Assembly (NCBI GenBank): GCA_963924565.1
Contig: OZ004615.1
Location: 16,802,001 to 16,866,000 of the forward strand
Source: Ascidiella aspersa
Taxonomy: Eukaryota
DNA length: 64,000 bases
Direction: 5' to 3'
Shown here: one piece after another, positions 12,901 to 24,844 of the stretch
How the letters are laid out: each line of letters opens with the position of its first letter
Position numbering within the stretch: position 1 is the stretch's first letter
Position numbers and translations under genes: made by a program
Notes under the pieces: generated by a model
Databases searched by the model: none
What the model was told of the DNA's origin: nothing
The model's input: only the letters and a program-made list of their open reading frames with translations

Positions 12901-15900
12901 AGGTCGCAGCAAAATGTAAATAAGCCGGCAGGTTGAAACGTGCACACCATGATCTACTAGGTATTGGAAAACTCGTCGAATTATTGCTTTAATTTGAATC
13001 ATTTTATTCCAAAAAATGTTAAACTCAGAAAGTGATTAAACGTTTTTTTGGCGTGTTGTCAGAAAATTTGGTTTTGTTACAAACGCTCATGCAATGTCAT
13101 GCTTTCAAAACAAAATCCGAGCCTATTTCGGATATGACGCCCCGAGGTTATTAAATGGCTTGTAACAAGATTTCTTTTAACCGCTTTTCATTTAAAACAA
13201 ACCGCAGCCTTCTTGGAACGAAAATGGCCCGACGCAAAATCTGCTTGTTTTTGCCCGACTCACATCCACACGTGAAAATTGTCACACCGCATTCCAGGAA
13301 CCAGTCCAGCCAACCCGGATTCGGTTGTCCCGCCCAAACGGGCCCTTTGCCAACTTTCGAATTTGATTCACTGTTTTATTAAGTGGGGGCGTGGTCACCA
13401 TTAGAAGGGAAAGTGGTCGTCTGAATTTTTTTTAAGTGCCACAAACAGGTCAAGGATTTATTGTATTATATTAAGTACAGCACTGCTATTTTCTTTCGCA
13501 CCTTTCAAAAAAACCGAAAATTGAATTTTTGCGTTGCACCCACGAAGCAAACATATGCCCAAACCTTTTCATCCACACTTAGCCATATATGGAAATATTT
13601 CGTGATGACTTATTCCTTGGTCAACAAACGAAAGCTTAGAAATATATTTTTCGGCATATCCCGTCCATTATTATCCTCGCATACTACATATCGAGATACC
13701 TGTTTATGAGGTTGGTTGATAGGGCTATTGTTCGAAATATTTCTTGGTAAACTCCAGCCAATTTAAACCGCGGAAAGAAAATTTCCCCAATTATCGTTAA
13801 TTTGTCGGCTTGTTTAGCTGTCGACTAAGTAGATACGAGCTGTCTGCAATTTTTTAAAACATTTCCAAATTGCTTTCATGATCAGCCTTGTTTGCACTAT
13901 TGTGAATACTGCAATAATATCTCAACATAGATATGAAAAGTTCTAATCGTTGCGCTTGCTCGGTTATTTTTGTCATTTTGCAATTAAAATTCTATAGTTC
14001 AGTGCTTTCCAATCAGTGGGTCGAGAAGCGTTTTTAAATGTTACAGTTTTCAATAAGATCAGAAAATTATTGCATTCTACGTAACATTTATGCAACCATG
14101 TAACAACAACGTGGCCATTAGAAAATCCAAGGCTCGGAACAGCCTGAAAACAGACACTCTCTTAATGCTACGTTGGGTGTGAGCTTGTCTCCAATCAAGC
14201 CTGATCGACTTGATCTGATAATATTCAATTTGCAAGCTCAAGTTTTGCATTAATGGGCTAGTAAATTGCATGTGTATGCATTGTTTATTTTCTCTTAAAT
14301 TTGGTTTTCATTCGCTTGATCATATCTTATAGTGGGTCGCATAATAAAACTTGCATTAAAAGTGAGTCGCGAACTGAAAAAGGTTGGGGAGCACTGCTCT
14401 AGTTAATCCAGTGTGATGAAATCACATTTTGAAAAAAAAATTGTGACGGTTTCGTTTATTTTTGCAAAATAAACTAACCCCTACACGTATGCGCCAGATC
14501 CGGAACCCTGCCCCTTGTCTGAATCACGTCATTGAGAGGACCAATTGCGAAGCAGAGCTGAAATCGTGATTATATTTCTTGGCTAATTAGGCCCCTGTTT
14601 CATTACAGGCGCTCATAACAAGGCGCGCTTTGCATTTAGAGCCGGAAATCGAAATGGCGCTTTTACGGTGACGCGAATAATCGCTTCTAGTAACGGCGCG
14701 TAATTTGGCTACATTAGCTTAAAATCACAGTCCGTTGTTTTTTAATTACCTGGGGTTTGTGGTATGAAACGACTTTTTTTGTCCCAATATCCCAATGGTG
14801 AGTCTTGATAAAAAGCAATTACGAGCAGCCCGAGACCTTTATTTTTTTGCTTTGATTGACCAGAATATATCATGTATACGAAAAAGTGCGTGCAGCTCAG
14901 ACCCAAACGTCGAAGTAATTTAACTAAATTAGCTGTGAAGTAGGCGTAACACTAAGTTGCCATAGATTCCCGCAAATAGGATCGTGTAAAAAAGCAATAT
15001 ACATGTTGTGTTTTTACCAGCGTATAGCAGCCACCCAAAAAATCCTCTGATATTGGTCAAAGCCACTTTTTCGCTTGCAACTGTAAAAATCGCTTAACGC
15101 GTCAGGATTTTCAGCACATTCAATGAATTAAAATGACAACTCAACTCAACCTATTTGGTCTATTTCACGAAAAAGTCAAGCTAATTTTTATGTCTTCAGA
15201 TTAATCAAATATAAACCATTGTGAACAGTGTCTAAACTCCCAAAGTGGTGACCAAACGAAATGTATGTTTTGTTAGGCTTAAAATTATTTTCCTTTTTAT
15301 TCTCGACATAACTTTACTTAGTTTTTAAATTTTAACATTGGATTAAGAAGTATGTATAACCAGATTAATGTAGAGGCCGGTAAAAAATCACTTAAAAAAC
15401 AGCATCCAAATCTACTATTTGTCATGCCTTTGTCTGCCTCTAATTCTTGCCATCGGCCGCATAAATGTTGCACAAAACCAGGGTTTAAGAAAATTGTTCC
15501 CTTCTTTTTTTTTGGAAGGACAAATGACCGAGTGTGTCTTTAACCGACCACCTTTTATCCTCAGAGGACGGCATCTCGTGCAAGGATTGGTCGAACAGTG
15601 GCTCGGGAGCCGGACTGCCGCTCCTTGTACACAGAACAATCGCGCGTCAAGTCCAGCTCGAAGAAGTTATCGGGAAGGGAAGGTGAGAGCGAGAATTTTT
15701 ACCGGAGCCATTATAAATTAGGCTTAATAAGAATATCAAGCCCATACAGAATTAGGTATCATTTTGAACGTTTCGAATAACTCATTATTGTGGATGGGCT
15801 TTGATATTCTTATTACGTCTTACTACAACCTCCAACCATAATGCTCCAAAATAAATCAGGCGGTTTTGACCAGTGCTTTGATTTTATATTTTAGCGTTTT

Positions 15901-18900
15901 GTTTAAATCGGTTTTGTAAAAAATATGAATGGTTTTATGCGAAACATTTGATTGGGAACGCCAAAGTTTTGTATGTTATTTACCAAACAACTTTTTTTAT
16001 TATTTGAAAGGGTTTTGCGCGACAATGTAACAAAAAATCGACCCAAAATCGGTTTATCTTTATGTAATTAAACGTGCAGGGCTCTAAATGCTTCTTTCGC
16101 TGGTTTATTTCCATTTTACCAAACCAAAAAATCTGTATAGCCAAATTGTTATAGACACCCAAATTTTCATAGCCTCGCCCAAATTGTCATAGACACAGAA
16201 TTGCTTTGATTTCTGCTTGTGAAATTTGCGCCGCAAAGAACCCTGAACAAAGGTGCGAGTCGTTCTGACCGACATTTGTTTTTGTTTCCTGCCCAGGTAC
16301 GGCGAGGTGTTTAAGGGCAAGTGGCGAGGCGAACACGTGGCCGTCAAGAAGTTCGTGACCCGCGATGAGCGCTCCTGGTTCCGCGAGGCCGAGATCTACC
16401 ACACCAACATGTTGCGCCACGAGCACATCCTCGGATTTATCGCAGCCGACAACAAGGGTAAGCACTATAGGAGAGTCTAAGGCCCGATTTCGTTGTAAAC
16501 GTTTTGGGGCGGGTTTGAATCGGATTAAAGTTAGAAATTATGTGGTTTTGTGTCTGAGGATTACGTGACGTTAGACTCAAACGCTGAACAGCAGCAGAGA
16601 AACGGCGCTTACGGGGCTGCGTCACAGGTCGGTATGATTATATCAGTTAAATACACAGACAAAGTTTAAATTAAAAGTTCAATAGCGCACAATTACAGCT
16701 CTAAAATGTAATTATAATTTCTGGTTAAAGAGCGTTTGTTTTTTCGCTTCGTATTTGTGAAAGAAAAAATGACAAACTGTTTAGCTCGCTTTGCTTTTTG
16801 ACTGGCTTAACCAGTGCTGCGGAGCCGTGCTCGGGCCTCGCGATTCGATAGTCAGGTAAGACAACGTCCGACGTGCGCTTGCCAAGTTGCAAGTTCGCAG
16901 CCGATAAAGTCGCTCATTGTAAATCGTAGACACCCAACTATTGTGGGTGGATGAGTTATATGACACACCCTTTTGAGTGAATTCCTGTATAGCCACCCTT
17001 GAGTGTATGTAACTTGGTTGTTTTTATTTGTCATTTTCCTGATCCGTCATTGGTTATCATTTATATACTGCCCCCCAGTTAGACACTACTTTATTTTTGG
17101 ACACCAGTTTTATGTTTATGCCGGAGTCCGACATGAATTTAATTTCAAGGACTTCAGTTGTTTTAAACCGACTTTACAGCCATAGGGCCATAACTACTTT
17201 GGATTTCATTTTTTTCTTAAAACGTTTTGATGTTAGTAAAATAGGTTTTCATGTAATACCAAAGTTTAGGCAAATGTCTAGTAAAGCAACCTAAAACCCA
17301 GTGTAATATTTGCATACAATCTGCCTAGTTTCATTCAGAACGTGTATACTGTATACTGTATATGCACGAATGGTTCTGGTAAATGTCTTGGTAACGCGAA
17401 GCAGCAAACCGCACACAATTGACCTATAGCGTTACAAGGCTGGATTTTCCCAGATAACTATGAACTGTATTGATCTGATTCTAATCTGGATTCACATCTA
17501 CACAATACTGTCTTCGGTAATTGCGGTAAAACAAACAAAAAAAACAGTTTTTACAAACTTTTAAACAATGACGCTTTAATTTGGTTGAGAGTGTTTTTAG
17601 TTCTAACGCGAATCCTGAGCGTTACTCCACGGAGTATATAATTAACGTCTGTGTTGATTTCTAGACGTTGGAACTTGGACGGAGCTTTGGCTGGTGACCG
17701 AATATCATCAGAACGGCTCGCTGTTTGACTACTTGGGCGAGACCACGGTTGACGTGTCGACCATGTTCAAGCTGGCAAGTTCGATCTCCAGTGGCCTAGC
17801 TCACCTGCACATGGAAATCGTCGGCACTTTAGGTGGGTGAGAAATCCGGGTAACGCCGCCGCAGTGCAGTCTCGCCACAATAGTCCGTTTTGCATCGAAA
17901 CGCCCGGGCCACACATTTTCGGGCAACTTTTGTAGCCTACTCCTTTCGTTTTTACTTTATCTGCGTTAAATTATCGCCCTGGAAATCTTGTTAGGTTTGC
18001 TTGATGGACGACAGAAGGAGCTCGACAACTACTCCCTATATTTTTGTTAACTGTTTCTGCTGTGTTGTAACTTCCTGGCAATCGGCCCCGCACAATATAC
18101 GCCATAATAATTTCGTGTTTGACGTTTCTGAAAAGCGCCTGGAGTGTTGCACCAAGAGTCATCTATTACGCCAAAGTGTCTTAAGTTGTTTTAAAACCCT
18201 AGTTAAAACATTTGCTTTTGCCAACGTTTTTCGACAATGTTTGGTCACAAAACCAAAATATCACAGTGAGCACTAAAATTATTAATGCTGACAAAAATAC
18301 ATATATAATAATATTACATATAAAATGCTCGTATAATCGCTTAATCTACCACTTTAAAATACAACACTAAAAGTTTTTTATATGGCGTTTTGAAAGACAA
18401 GCACCCTAAAGCTTACAGTTTTTGCTACCTAACGCATAAACCCGAATCTCTTTTCCCATTCGAACCTCCGCTCATTTGCAAATGCAGGGAAACCCCCGAT
18501 CGCCCATCGCGACCTCAAGTCGAAAAACATCCTGGTGAAGCGCAACCTGGAGTGCGCCATCGCCGACCTTGGGCTGGCGGTCCGACACAACTCCACCAAC
18601 GACACAATCGACATCGCCATGAACGACCGCGTCGGTACTAAGCGGTGAGTGAGTTATTGAAAGCTGCAGGCCTGCCGCTTTCCCGTGGCTATACTTAACC
18701 TACTAAGTATTTCTCTGTTAACCAAGTGTTCCTTGTTTTAATGCAACGAGTTAGCAGCCATTGATGAAGGGCGAGCGAATTTTTGCAACATTCTTATGGG
18801 AACGAGTTGCGATTTTACTAATTGTTCATTGTCCATAGATTAAATGCAAGTCTAATCACATTTTGTTATTTTTATAATTCAGTTTTTATAGTTCGCGAAA

Positions 18901-21553
18901 TTCTGAACAAGCTGTTCCACAAGTCTTGCATTATTTGCTGGCTTCTCTGTCGCGAAAATGTAATAGTTTTCCACTTAAGGTTCGGCGATCAATTTAAAAA
19001 GACCGACAAAAAAGATCACGGGCGGCTCGTACCTTAAATTGCAAACTAAGTTTGATTAAAATAAGCCCTTCAACTATTTGTATTTCAGTATATATGCCCC
19101 AAACAATACCAAAAAATAAGTTAAAAGTTACAGTTTGGGGAACATTTTTAAAAGTTGGTTACATAAACTTTATTCCATATTAACTTTACGTGATGCTAAA
19201 ACCCACATTTTTTTGATAAAAAATGGGTAAGTTGTTTGTTGTACAGGACAAATGTTATCATATTTTCGTACTAAAATATCGGCAAGCCGATATATCGGTC
19301 TATTTCAGGGCTGGCGAACCACTGACCCGCGGGTTACAAAACACCACCACAGATTTTATGGCCCACTTGTCTCTCTAGAAATACCGAAATCTCGTTAATA
19401 ATTTTTCGGAAATAATAAATGTAAAAAATAATTCTTTGTTAGATAGAACTATATAGCCCACTGTTTAATTCAGGGCTGTTTAATCTGTTGGTCGTGCAAA
19501 AGTGTTTTAGGTGTGACGGGTGGCCTACATAAACAAAAGCATTTTATTTATCGCTGTAAAATGTAAAGGGTGGCGACTAAATTTTAAAAACCCTGGTTAA
19601 ACCATGCTGAAAGCTTTCTACTGAACTCCTGTAAATCCCATATAAATTCTGCAGCATTTGTAAACTATTTAGGTTTTTAATATTCGTGGGAATCTGAATT
19701 TTGAAATCGTCCGAAAACCTCGAATAATTAACCCAGAAAATAACACTTAAAACGATGCAGCAGCAAAGTTTCTCATGAAATTAGCATGTAGTCAAATATA
19801 TGACCCACTTGTGCATTTTGGGATAAATGTCGTGTTTGTGACCCGCGCGATGAAAAGGTTCGCCATTCCAGGTCTATCTCTGTTCATAACGTGCTACCTA
19901 AACTTGCGTGGTGATCCAGCATTCGCTAGCCTTTGTATATTAGATGATTTGTTAGCAGACTGAATATTAGCAAATCCGTTGTTCGGAACTATTTTGTGCG
20001 ACAACATCCTGTCGGTTACGCATCTATGTCCGCCATACATAATTAAAAACGTGTCCCGACTAACCGAGTTTGAACCTTGCCGCATGCCAATAGCTTACTT
20101 GCCATTGAATTTACATCGGTCGACTAATCTAACGAACTGGAGAGGCCACACCGTGTTTTTCGTTATATGTAGACGTCTGAAACGGCCTAATATAAGAGTA
20201 ATTTTAACTACCATGTATGCATCTTATGTAGATAAAATAACACTAGTAAAGCGTTTTTATTTTCGGTTTGCGTTTCAATGTACCACAAGTCCACGATCAA
20301 TCACATGGCCTGCCCGCGTGGTTTATTATGTTAAGCGCTCACACTGACACTGTGGAGTCTTGTAAACGTTGTAGTTCAGGATATAGCCAGGCGGACAAAA
20401 AACGGGTTAAATGCAATGTTCAAACCACTAAACTCCCCTTTTTCGCAGCTATATGGCACCAGAGGTGCTGGACAGCAGCCTCAATCTCCAGCACTTCGAC
20501 TCTTTCAAGCGCGCAGACATCTACTCGCTCGGGCTTGTCTACTGGGAGATCCTGAGGCGCTGCAACATCGGAGGTGCGTTTTTGTCGCGCGTCACTCTCG
20601 TGACGTCACGTAAATGATCTTTTGGTTACAGTTTGCAGTGGTGTCATCACTTGCCGCTTGGCGGATTTCAAAAACTAGCTTTTGTAACCTCTGGTTAACA
20701 CAAATAAAACAGTAAACGACTCTAGCGTACGCCAAATTTAAGCGCAGCACATTTAATTAAAACTTTATTAAAATTTTGTTAAACTTTAGCATCAAAACAA
20801 AAACTGATTTTATTTTAAACGACACGAACATGATGCCCAGCTGTTTACATTGGCCGTAATTTCCGGTCTACTGTCTATAAAAAATATATATTGCAGGGGT
20901 ATAGCGTTTCATCGAAAATAATATTTATCAAAAATCGGTTTAATTTTCACTGTTTTTTTTCGCCCAGGCAACAACCTTGAATACCAACTTCCCTACTTCG
21001 ACGTGGCGCCCGACGACCCGACGGTCGAAGACATGCGCCTTCTTGTGTGCAAAGAGAAGCTTCGGCCAAACAAACTGGAAAACTGGGAAAAGTTTGACGT
21101 AAGCATTTCAACAAATATACTGTTTCTCTCAAGCATTGTATTAACTATAAATTTGTTCTTCTGGCATATATATTCTTTATTAATAAATGTACCGACTTTT
21201 CAAAAACCCATACGGAAAATATTTCATTGCCAAACCATAAAGAAAACACACAATGGAACACGGTTTACAAGACGTGGGAGTTACTTTAAACGTACAAAAT
21301 AAAACATAATTGAGTTTTACTGGAATTAATTTGTTTTCAAATTTAGCTGACTGCAAAACCAAGTGTCCACTTCTTGTTCCGGTGTGCTTGATTAAAGGAC
21401 AACCATTATTTTTTTTTGTCAACACAGAGTACCACCGGTATGTGGGAGTTAATGCAGGAGTGCTGGTATGAGAACGCATGTGCGCGCTTAACAGCTCTTC
21501 GCGTCAAGAAATCCATTGCGAAATTACAAGATGAAGAGGGAGTCAAAGTCTGA
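3947..21553 (+). CDS. ALK4/5/7: TGF-beta/activin type I receptor Ser/Thr kinase, ALK4/5/7 (TGFBR1/ACVR1B-like), 12 coding exons, 504 aa
   Basis: Exons 3947-3995, 4445-4560, 5155-5341, 8960-9007, 12163-12291, 15565-15682, 16297-16457, 17665-17832, 18488-18644, 20449-20573, 20968-21098, 21428-21553. All introns are GT-AG with compatible phases; total 1515 nt. Signal peptide [17 protein letters not shown]; Cys-rich ectodomain ending CCFEDFCN; TM helix; GS box [18 protein letters not shown]; GKGRYG, VAVKKF, L45 loop [12 protein letters not shown] (ALK4/5/7 type), [20 protein letters not shown]; C-terminus [22 protein letters not shown]. Confidence 0.95.
4124..4254. mobile_element. Short palindromic MITE, possibly related to the GGTCTA family
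   Basis: Inverted termini AAAAAACGGTCTAAAAATACTG / CAGTATTTGTAGACCTTTTTT, with internal arms GCACATAATTTGGGTT / AACCCAAATAATGTGC. Confidence 0.6.
4636..4750 (+). ncRNA. Candidate spliced-leader (SL) RNA gene in intron 2 of the receptor gene (5' end uncertain)
   Basis: Donor AAG|GTGAGT at 4683; 8-bp stem 4690-4697/4712-4719; Sm-type site AATTTTGG 4725-4732; terminal hairpin GTGCAA-tgtcc-TTGCAC 4732-4748. ACTCAT (4636-4641) can pair with the donor GTGAGT. Confidence 0.5.
6182..6505. mobile_element. hAT (Charlie/Buster-type) MITE
   Basis: TIR CAGGGGTTCTT / AAGAACCCCTG; perfect 8-bp TSD CCCTAAAC; subterminal GGGGTCC repeats. Confidence 0.92.
9089..9940 (-). mobile_element. Internally deleted SPIN/Buster-type hAT element with transposase remnants
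   Basis: 14-bp TIR CAAGGGTCTCAAAC; perfect TSD GTGTAGAC. Minus strand reads [21 protein letters not shown]...[23 protein letters not shown] (BED-type zinc finger of GTF2IRD2/SPIN-like transposases) and [28 protein letters not shown] (C-terminus). Confidence 0.9.
11869..12023. repeat. Diverged tandem duplication, two ~78-bp units
   Basis: Shared blocks ATTGT(G/A)ACG..CCAG, TACTTG(G/A)CTT(C/T)AGCATGCT and CACTACTGTGCCAG(C/T)ACA recur at ~78-bp spacing. Confidence 0.7.
14000..14396. mobile_element. hAT (Charlie-type) MITE
   Basis: TIR CAGTGCTTTCCAA / TTGGGGAGCACTG; TSD CTATAGTT/CTCTAGTT. Confidence 0.85.
15725..15852. mobile_element. Palindromic (foldback) MITE, partial copy 1
   Basis: TAATAAGAATATCAAGCCCATACAGAA...GGGCTTTGATATTCTTATTACGTCTTACTACAACCTCCAACCATAATGCTCCAAAA is shared with 50814-50964 and 53131-53367. 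Confidence 0.8.
19306..19871. mobile_element. hAT MITE
   Basis: Imperfect TIR CAGGGCTGGCGAACC / GGTTCGCCATTCCAG; TSD GTCTATTT/GTCTATCT. Confidence 0.8.
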
Positions 21554-23139
21554 CTTCGGTTCTGACTCTAATCAAATGTTTTACCCCGGGGTGACCGTCG
21601 GGGTCAATTCGCGGAGTTTTATTCGGGCGCCAATGCTGCAGCTTGTTTTACGCATTTTAGTTTTTTACTGACTTTTCAAAAAGTTTAAGTCTGAACAATT
21701 CTGTTTGTCGCCTATAAATATACGATAAAGTGTTTTAATTACCACGACTAAAGTTTTAAATCAAAATCATTCGCATAGGGTTATTGTGGAACGCTTGGAT
21801 AACATAGCTTAAGCTCCTGTTTTTGAAGAAATAATTTGTAACGACTGCTCTAATATAGTTTAAAGGTTTCTATTTTAAGCGCGTATCCAGGAATATAACT
21901 TAAACGTTTCACTTTGTACGTTATCTATCGTGCAGCTTTGCTATGGTCCCATGGGGAGTTTCTTTCAACATCAATACATCAGTATTTTAAAAATCATGTT
22001 CGCAAATTCGCACGTTTTGCATGCGCAATTGTATTATTTTTGCAAATAGCTGTTGTAAATCTCGTTGTAGTTTCATTGTGTCGTTGTTTATGTTTTCGTT
22101 TGTAAAATCTCTATACGAAAAAGTTCATGTCTCTTTTTTCAGCATCAAAATGCCGATCTTGTTTTTATAAACTTTTATTCCATCAAAATGCTTCTAATCA
22201 AATGTTTTTGTTTTTGGTTAAATCGATTTATTTGTGTATGGTGAAACCAAAGATTTTCTGGTGATCCTATGGAATTCAATTTCACAACCTACCACATGGC
22301 TTGTATATTTTTGGCATTTATAACTAATCCAAATACCCAACTTATTTTTGTTGTTATATAAATTTTTAAGAAATGTATAATTATCAAATTATTACAGCGT
22401 GTTGTCAAAGTAATTTACCTCTTATTTTGCCTGTTGTCAAAAGTAGGCAGCATTTTTTTAATCGCATTTAATAATTGAACCTTGTGTGTTTAGTTTTTTA
22501 TTTTTTGTAATAAAAAAAATACCTATACACTGGTATAAGAATAGTAACACCTCAAATTGGTTTGTTGTGGTACAATCAGCATTTAAAGAAATCGCCATGC
22601 TTTACTCCAATCCAGCTTTTCATATATTGTGCATTTGAGAAATGGTGTACACAATATCTACCTTACAAGTTGATCCTATAAAAGTAAAATGTTTAATCAT
22701 CTTTCTATTGGCATTTAAAACGCCTTGTTTAGAGAAAGTTAACGTTACCTTTCAATTGAAAAACAATTTTGGTAAAAAGATATTTCTGACTTAAAATCGA
22801 AAATCTTCATCTAACTGGCAACACATTTATTTGTATTGTTTCCAAAAAATAATTTTACTTAATGCGTTGGTTTTTATTGATACTATATGTGTACATATTA
22901 ACGTGCATTTGTGTTTGATGTAAATAAAATTACTAAAAAATATTTTGCATCAGTATTTTTTCTGTATTAAAACAGTGATTTCCCAAAAATGTACTATAGT
23001 AGACCTAACCGCATAAACTTAGGACTTTTTTCAAGTTTTATTTTATAAGCATGTTAAATTACACAACATCTTTTAACTGCCCAAGCAGGCACAAATAATA
23101 ATTGTTGCCAATCGCACTTCGCAAAAATGGTAACATAGT

Positions 23140-23695
23140 CTATTTTTTTCGAACTCTTCCAGTGTTTCTTGGCTGATTAGATTTATTCAGTTGCCTTGTG
23201 ATCAGCTTTATTGGATCCACATGATCAGGAATGTGAACATATCGGACAGAAGATGCCTAAAAATAACAGATATATAAGCATTTAATTGTGTCCATTGCTG
23301 CGATGTAACTAAATATACATTTGACAACACTACTGTTGCTACCAAGCATTGTTTAATTGTTCTACAGCCAAAATTTTAGAAAAATCACCCGTATAAAATT
23401 TGATTTTAAAACTGATGACAGTATACTGTTCAGCAGATCACTTTTTATTACTGTATATTTGTTAGTAAAATACCTTGACATAGACTTCTTTTAAATTCAC
23501 AGAATGACCATTAAAATGAGTAACAGTTGCATTGTTAAGCCAGATATTGCCGAAGCCATCAGCTTCTTGTAATTGTCCATGAATAGAGGATTCATTTTTT
23601 GTCTCCACAGTAACACTGCAATTCTTCATTGCAATAAGTAAAACTGTGAGCGTGTTGTAAGAAAGAAATTTTTCCTTTCCACCGCTGGCCGCCAT
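23140..23695 (-). CDS. LSM10: U7 snRNP-specific Sm-like protein LSm10, 2 exons, 112 aa
   Basis: Exons 23695-23474 and 23256-23140 (phase 0, GT-AG). Protein MAASGGKEKFLSYNTLTVLL...VTVETKNESSIHGQLQEADGFGNIWL...VYVK|ASSVRYVHIPDHVDP... has the Sm1/Sm2 motifs and the LSm10-type VRYVHIPD segment. Confidence 0.9.
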
Positions 23696-23710
23696 TGTTT
23701 AATTCTAATA

Positions 23711-23725
23711 CTGCAAAAAAATTTA
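23711..23725 (-). promoter_or_regulatory. Splice acceptor 15 nt upstream of the LSM10 ATG (candidate trans-splice site)
   Basis: Minus strand poly-T then TTTTGCAG|TATTAG...ATG. The CDC26 poly(A) signal AATAAA lies at 23836-23831, ~120 nt upstream. Confidence 0.55.
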
Positions 23726-23980
23726 TGCTATACTATAAATTTACCCATTTTTGAGATTATTCATTACTTTTAACACACAATATTAGCTATGTTTCTCTAT
23801 TAAGTTTTCCTCAAAAGTCCACCACAAGTATTTATTGTGTAATTACAATTCAGCAACTAAAGATTAGCATAAACTATATTTTGATTTGTGCCTTATGATA
23901 CAGTACCTCACATACAACTACTCAAACATTATGATTTTTAATGACTAAAGTAAAAAAAACATTCTCTAACTCTACTATTT

Positions 23981-24563
23981 TCAATGCAGGTTATTGTATT
24001 GGGAGTTGGTGTCAGGAGTTAATGGCTGGGGTTCAAAACCGATTCTTCTTTGGACTTCTGCACTTCTTGATGCTTGGTTAATACTACTGATACTGTCTTT
24101 GATTGAATTCAGAATAGTGAATGTGTCATTTGCCAATGCCAACTTTTTAAGATCGCTATCTTGCTGATCAGATTTTTTGTCCTGTTCCCTCTGCAATTTC
24201 ACAAGTAAAATAATGTTCAATCGTTAAACAATTTTGAACAATCAAGATATTAATAAATGCTTATAATTAAACCTCATGAATGAAATGTATCACATTGAAA
24301 GATAACATTGCAGTTTATAGATTGGATTTATCTTTGAGTTAGACCCAATTAACCATTTGCATTCTTGTGGAATCAGGTTAGATAAAACTATAATGTTTCT
24401 TTTAAAAACAAATTTTATGACGAACTACTTATTGAAAAATTAACAACGTTAATAGCAAAAAAAGGTATCTAATGCCTTACAATAAGTTACTTACACAGTG
24501 CGCAGAATATTCTGGCAAATCTTCAACTTGAAGTTTAATTTTCGACGGTTTACGTCGCAGCAT
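23981..24563 (-). CDS. CDC26: Anaphase-promoting complex subunit CDC26 (APC12), 2 exons, 92 aa
   Basis: Exons 24563-24495 (MLRRKPSKIKLQVEDLPEYSAHC, then GTAAG) and 24190-23981 (after TTGCAG). The N-terminal MLRRKP..I.L..ED..EY and C-terminal RIGFEPQP motifs match the CDC26 family. Confidence 0.9.
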
Positions 24564-24589
24564 TTCCAACACAAGACAAACAACTAATG

Positions 24590-24600
24590 CTGCAAAATCT
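24590..24600 (-). promoter_or_regulatory. Splice acceptor 26 nt upstream of the CDC26 ATG (candidate trans-splice site)
   Basis: Minus strand ATTTTGCAG|CATTAG, the same context as the LSM10 acceptor. Confidence 0.4.
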
Positions 24601-24621
24601 TACGTGCTGATTACAGTGTTG

Positions 24622-24818
24622 GGCGCTGGTCTAGAATCCTACCACAACGAAACACCTTTTGGGTTAGGGTTAGCGTTTGGGTAAAGGTGGGTCAAGTATT
24701 ATTATTAAATAAAGAATATAATAATACTTGACCCACCCACACCCAAACGCTAACCCGCAACCTAACTCAAATTTTGTGCATTGATTTTAGAATTGTGGTA
24801 GGATTCTAGACCAGCGCC
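24622..24818. mobile_element. Merlin-like MITE, well preserved
   Basis: ~26-bp TIR GGCGCTGGTCTAGAATCCTACCACAA; perfect 8-bp TSD CAGTGTTG. GG termini plus an 8-bp TSD fit the Merlin superfamily. Internal telomere-like GGGTTAGGGTTAG. Confidence 0.88.
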
Positions 24819-24844
24819 CAGTGTTGTAATAAGTGACTGAGAAG

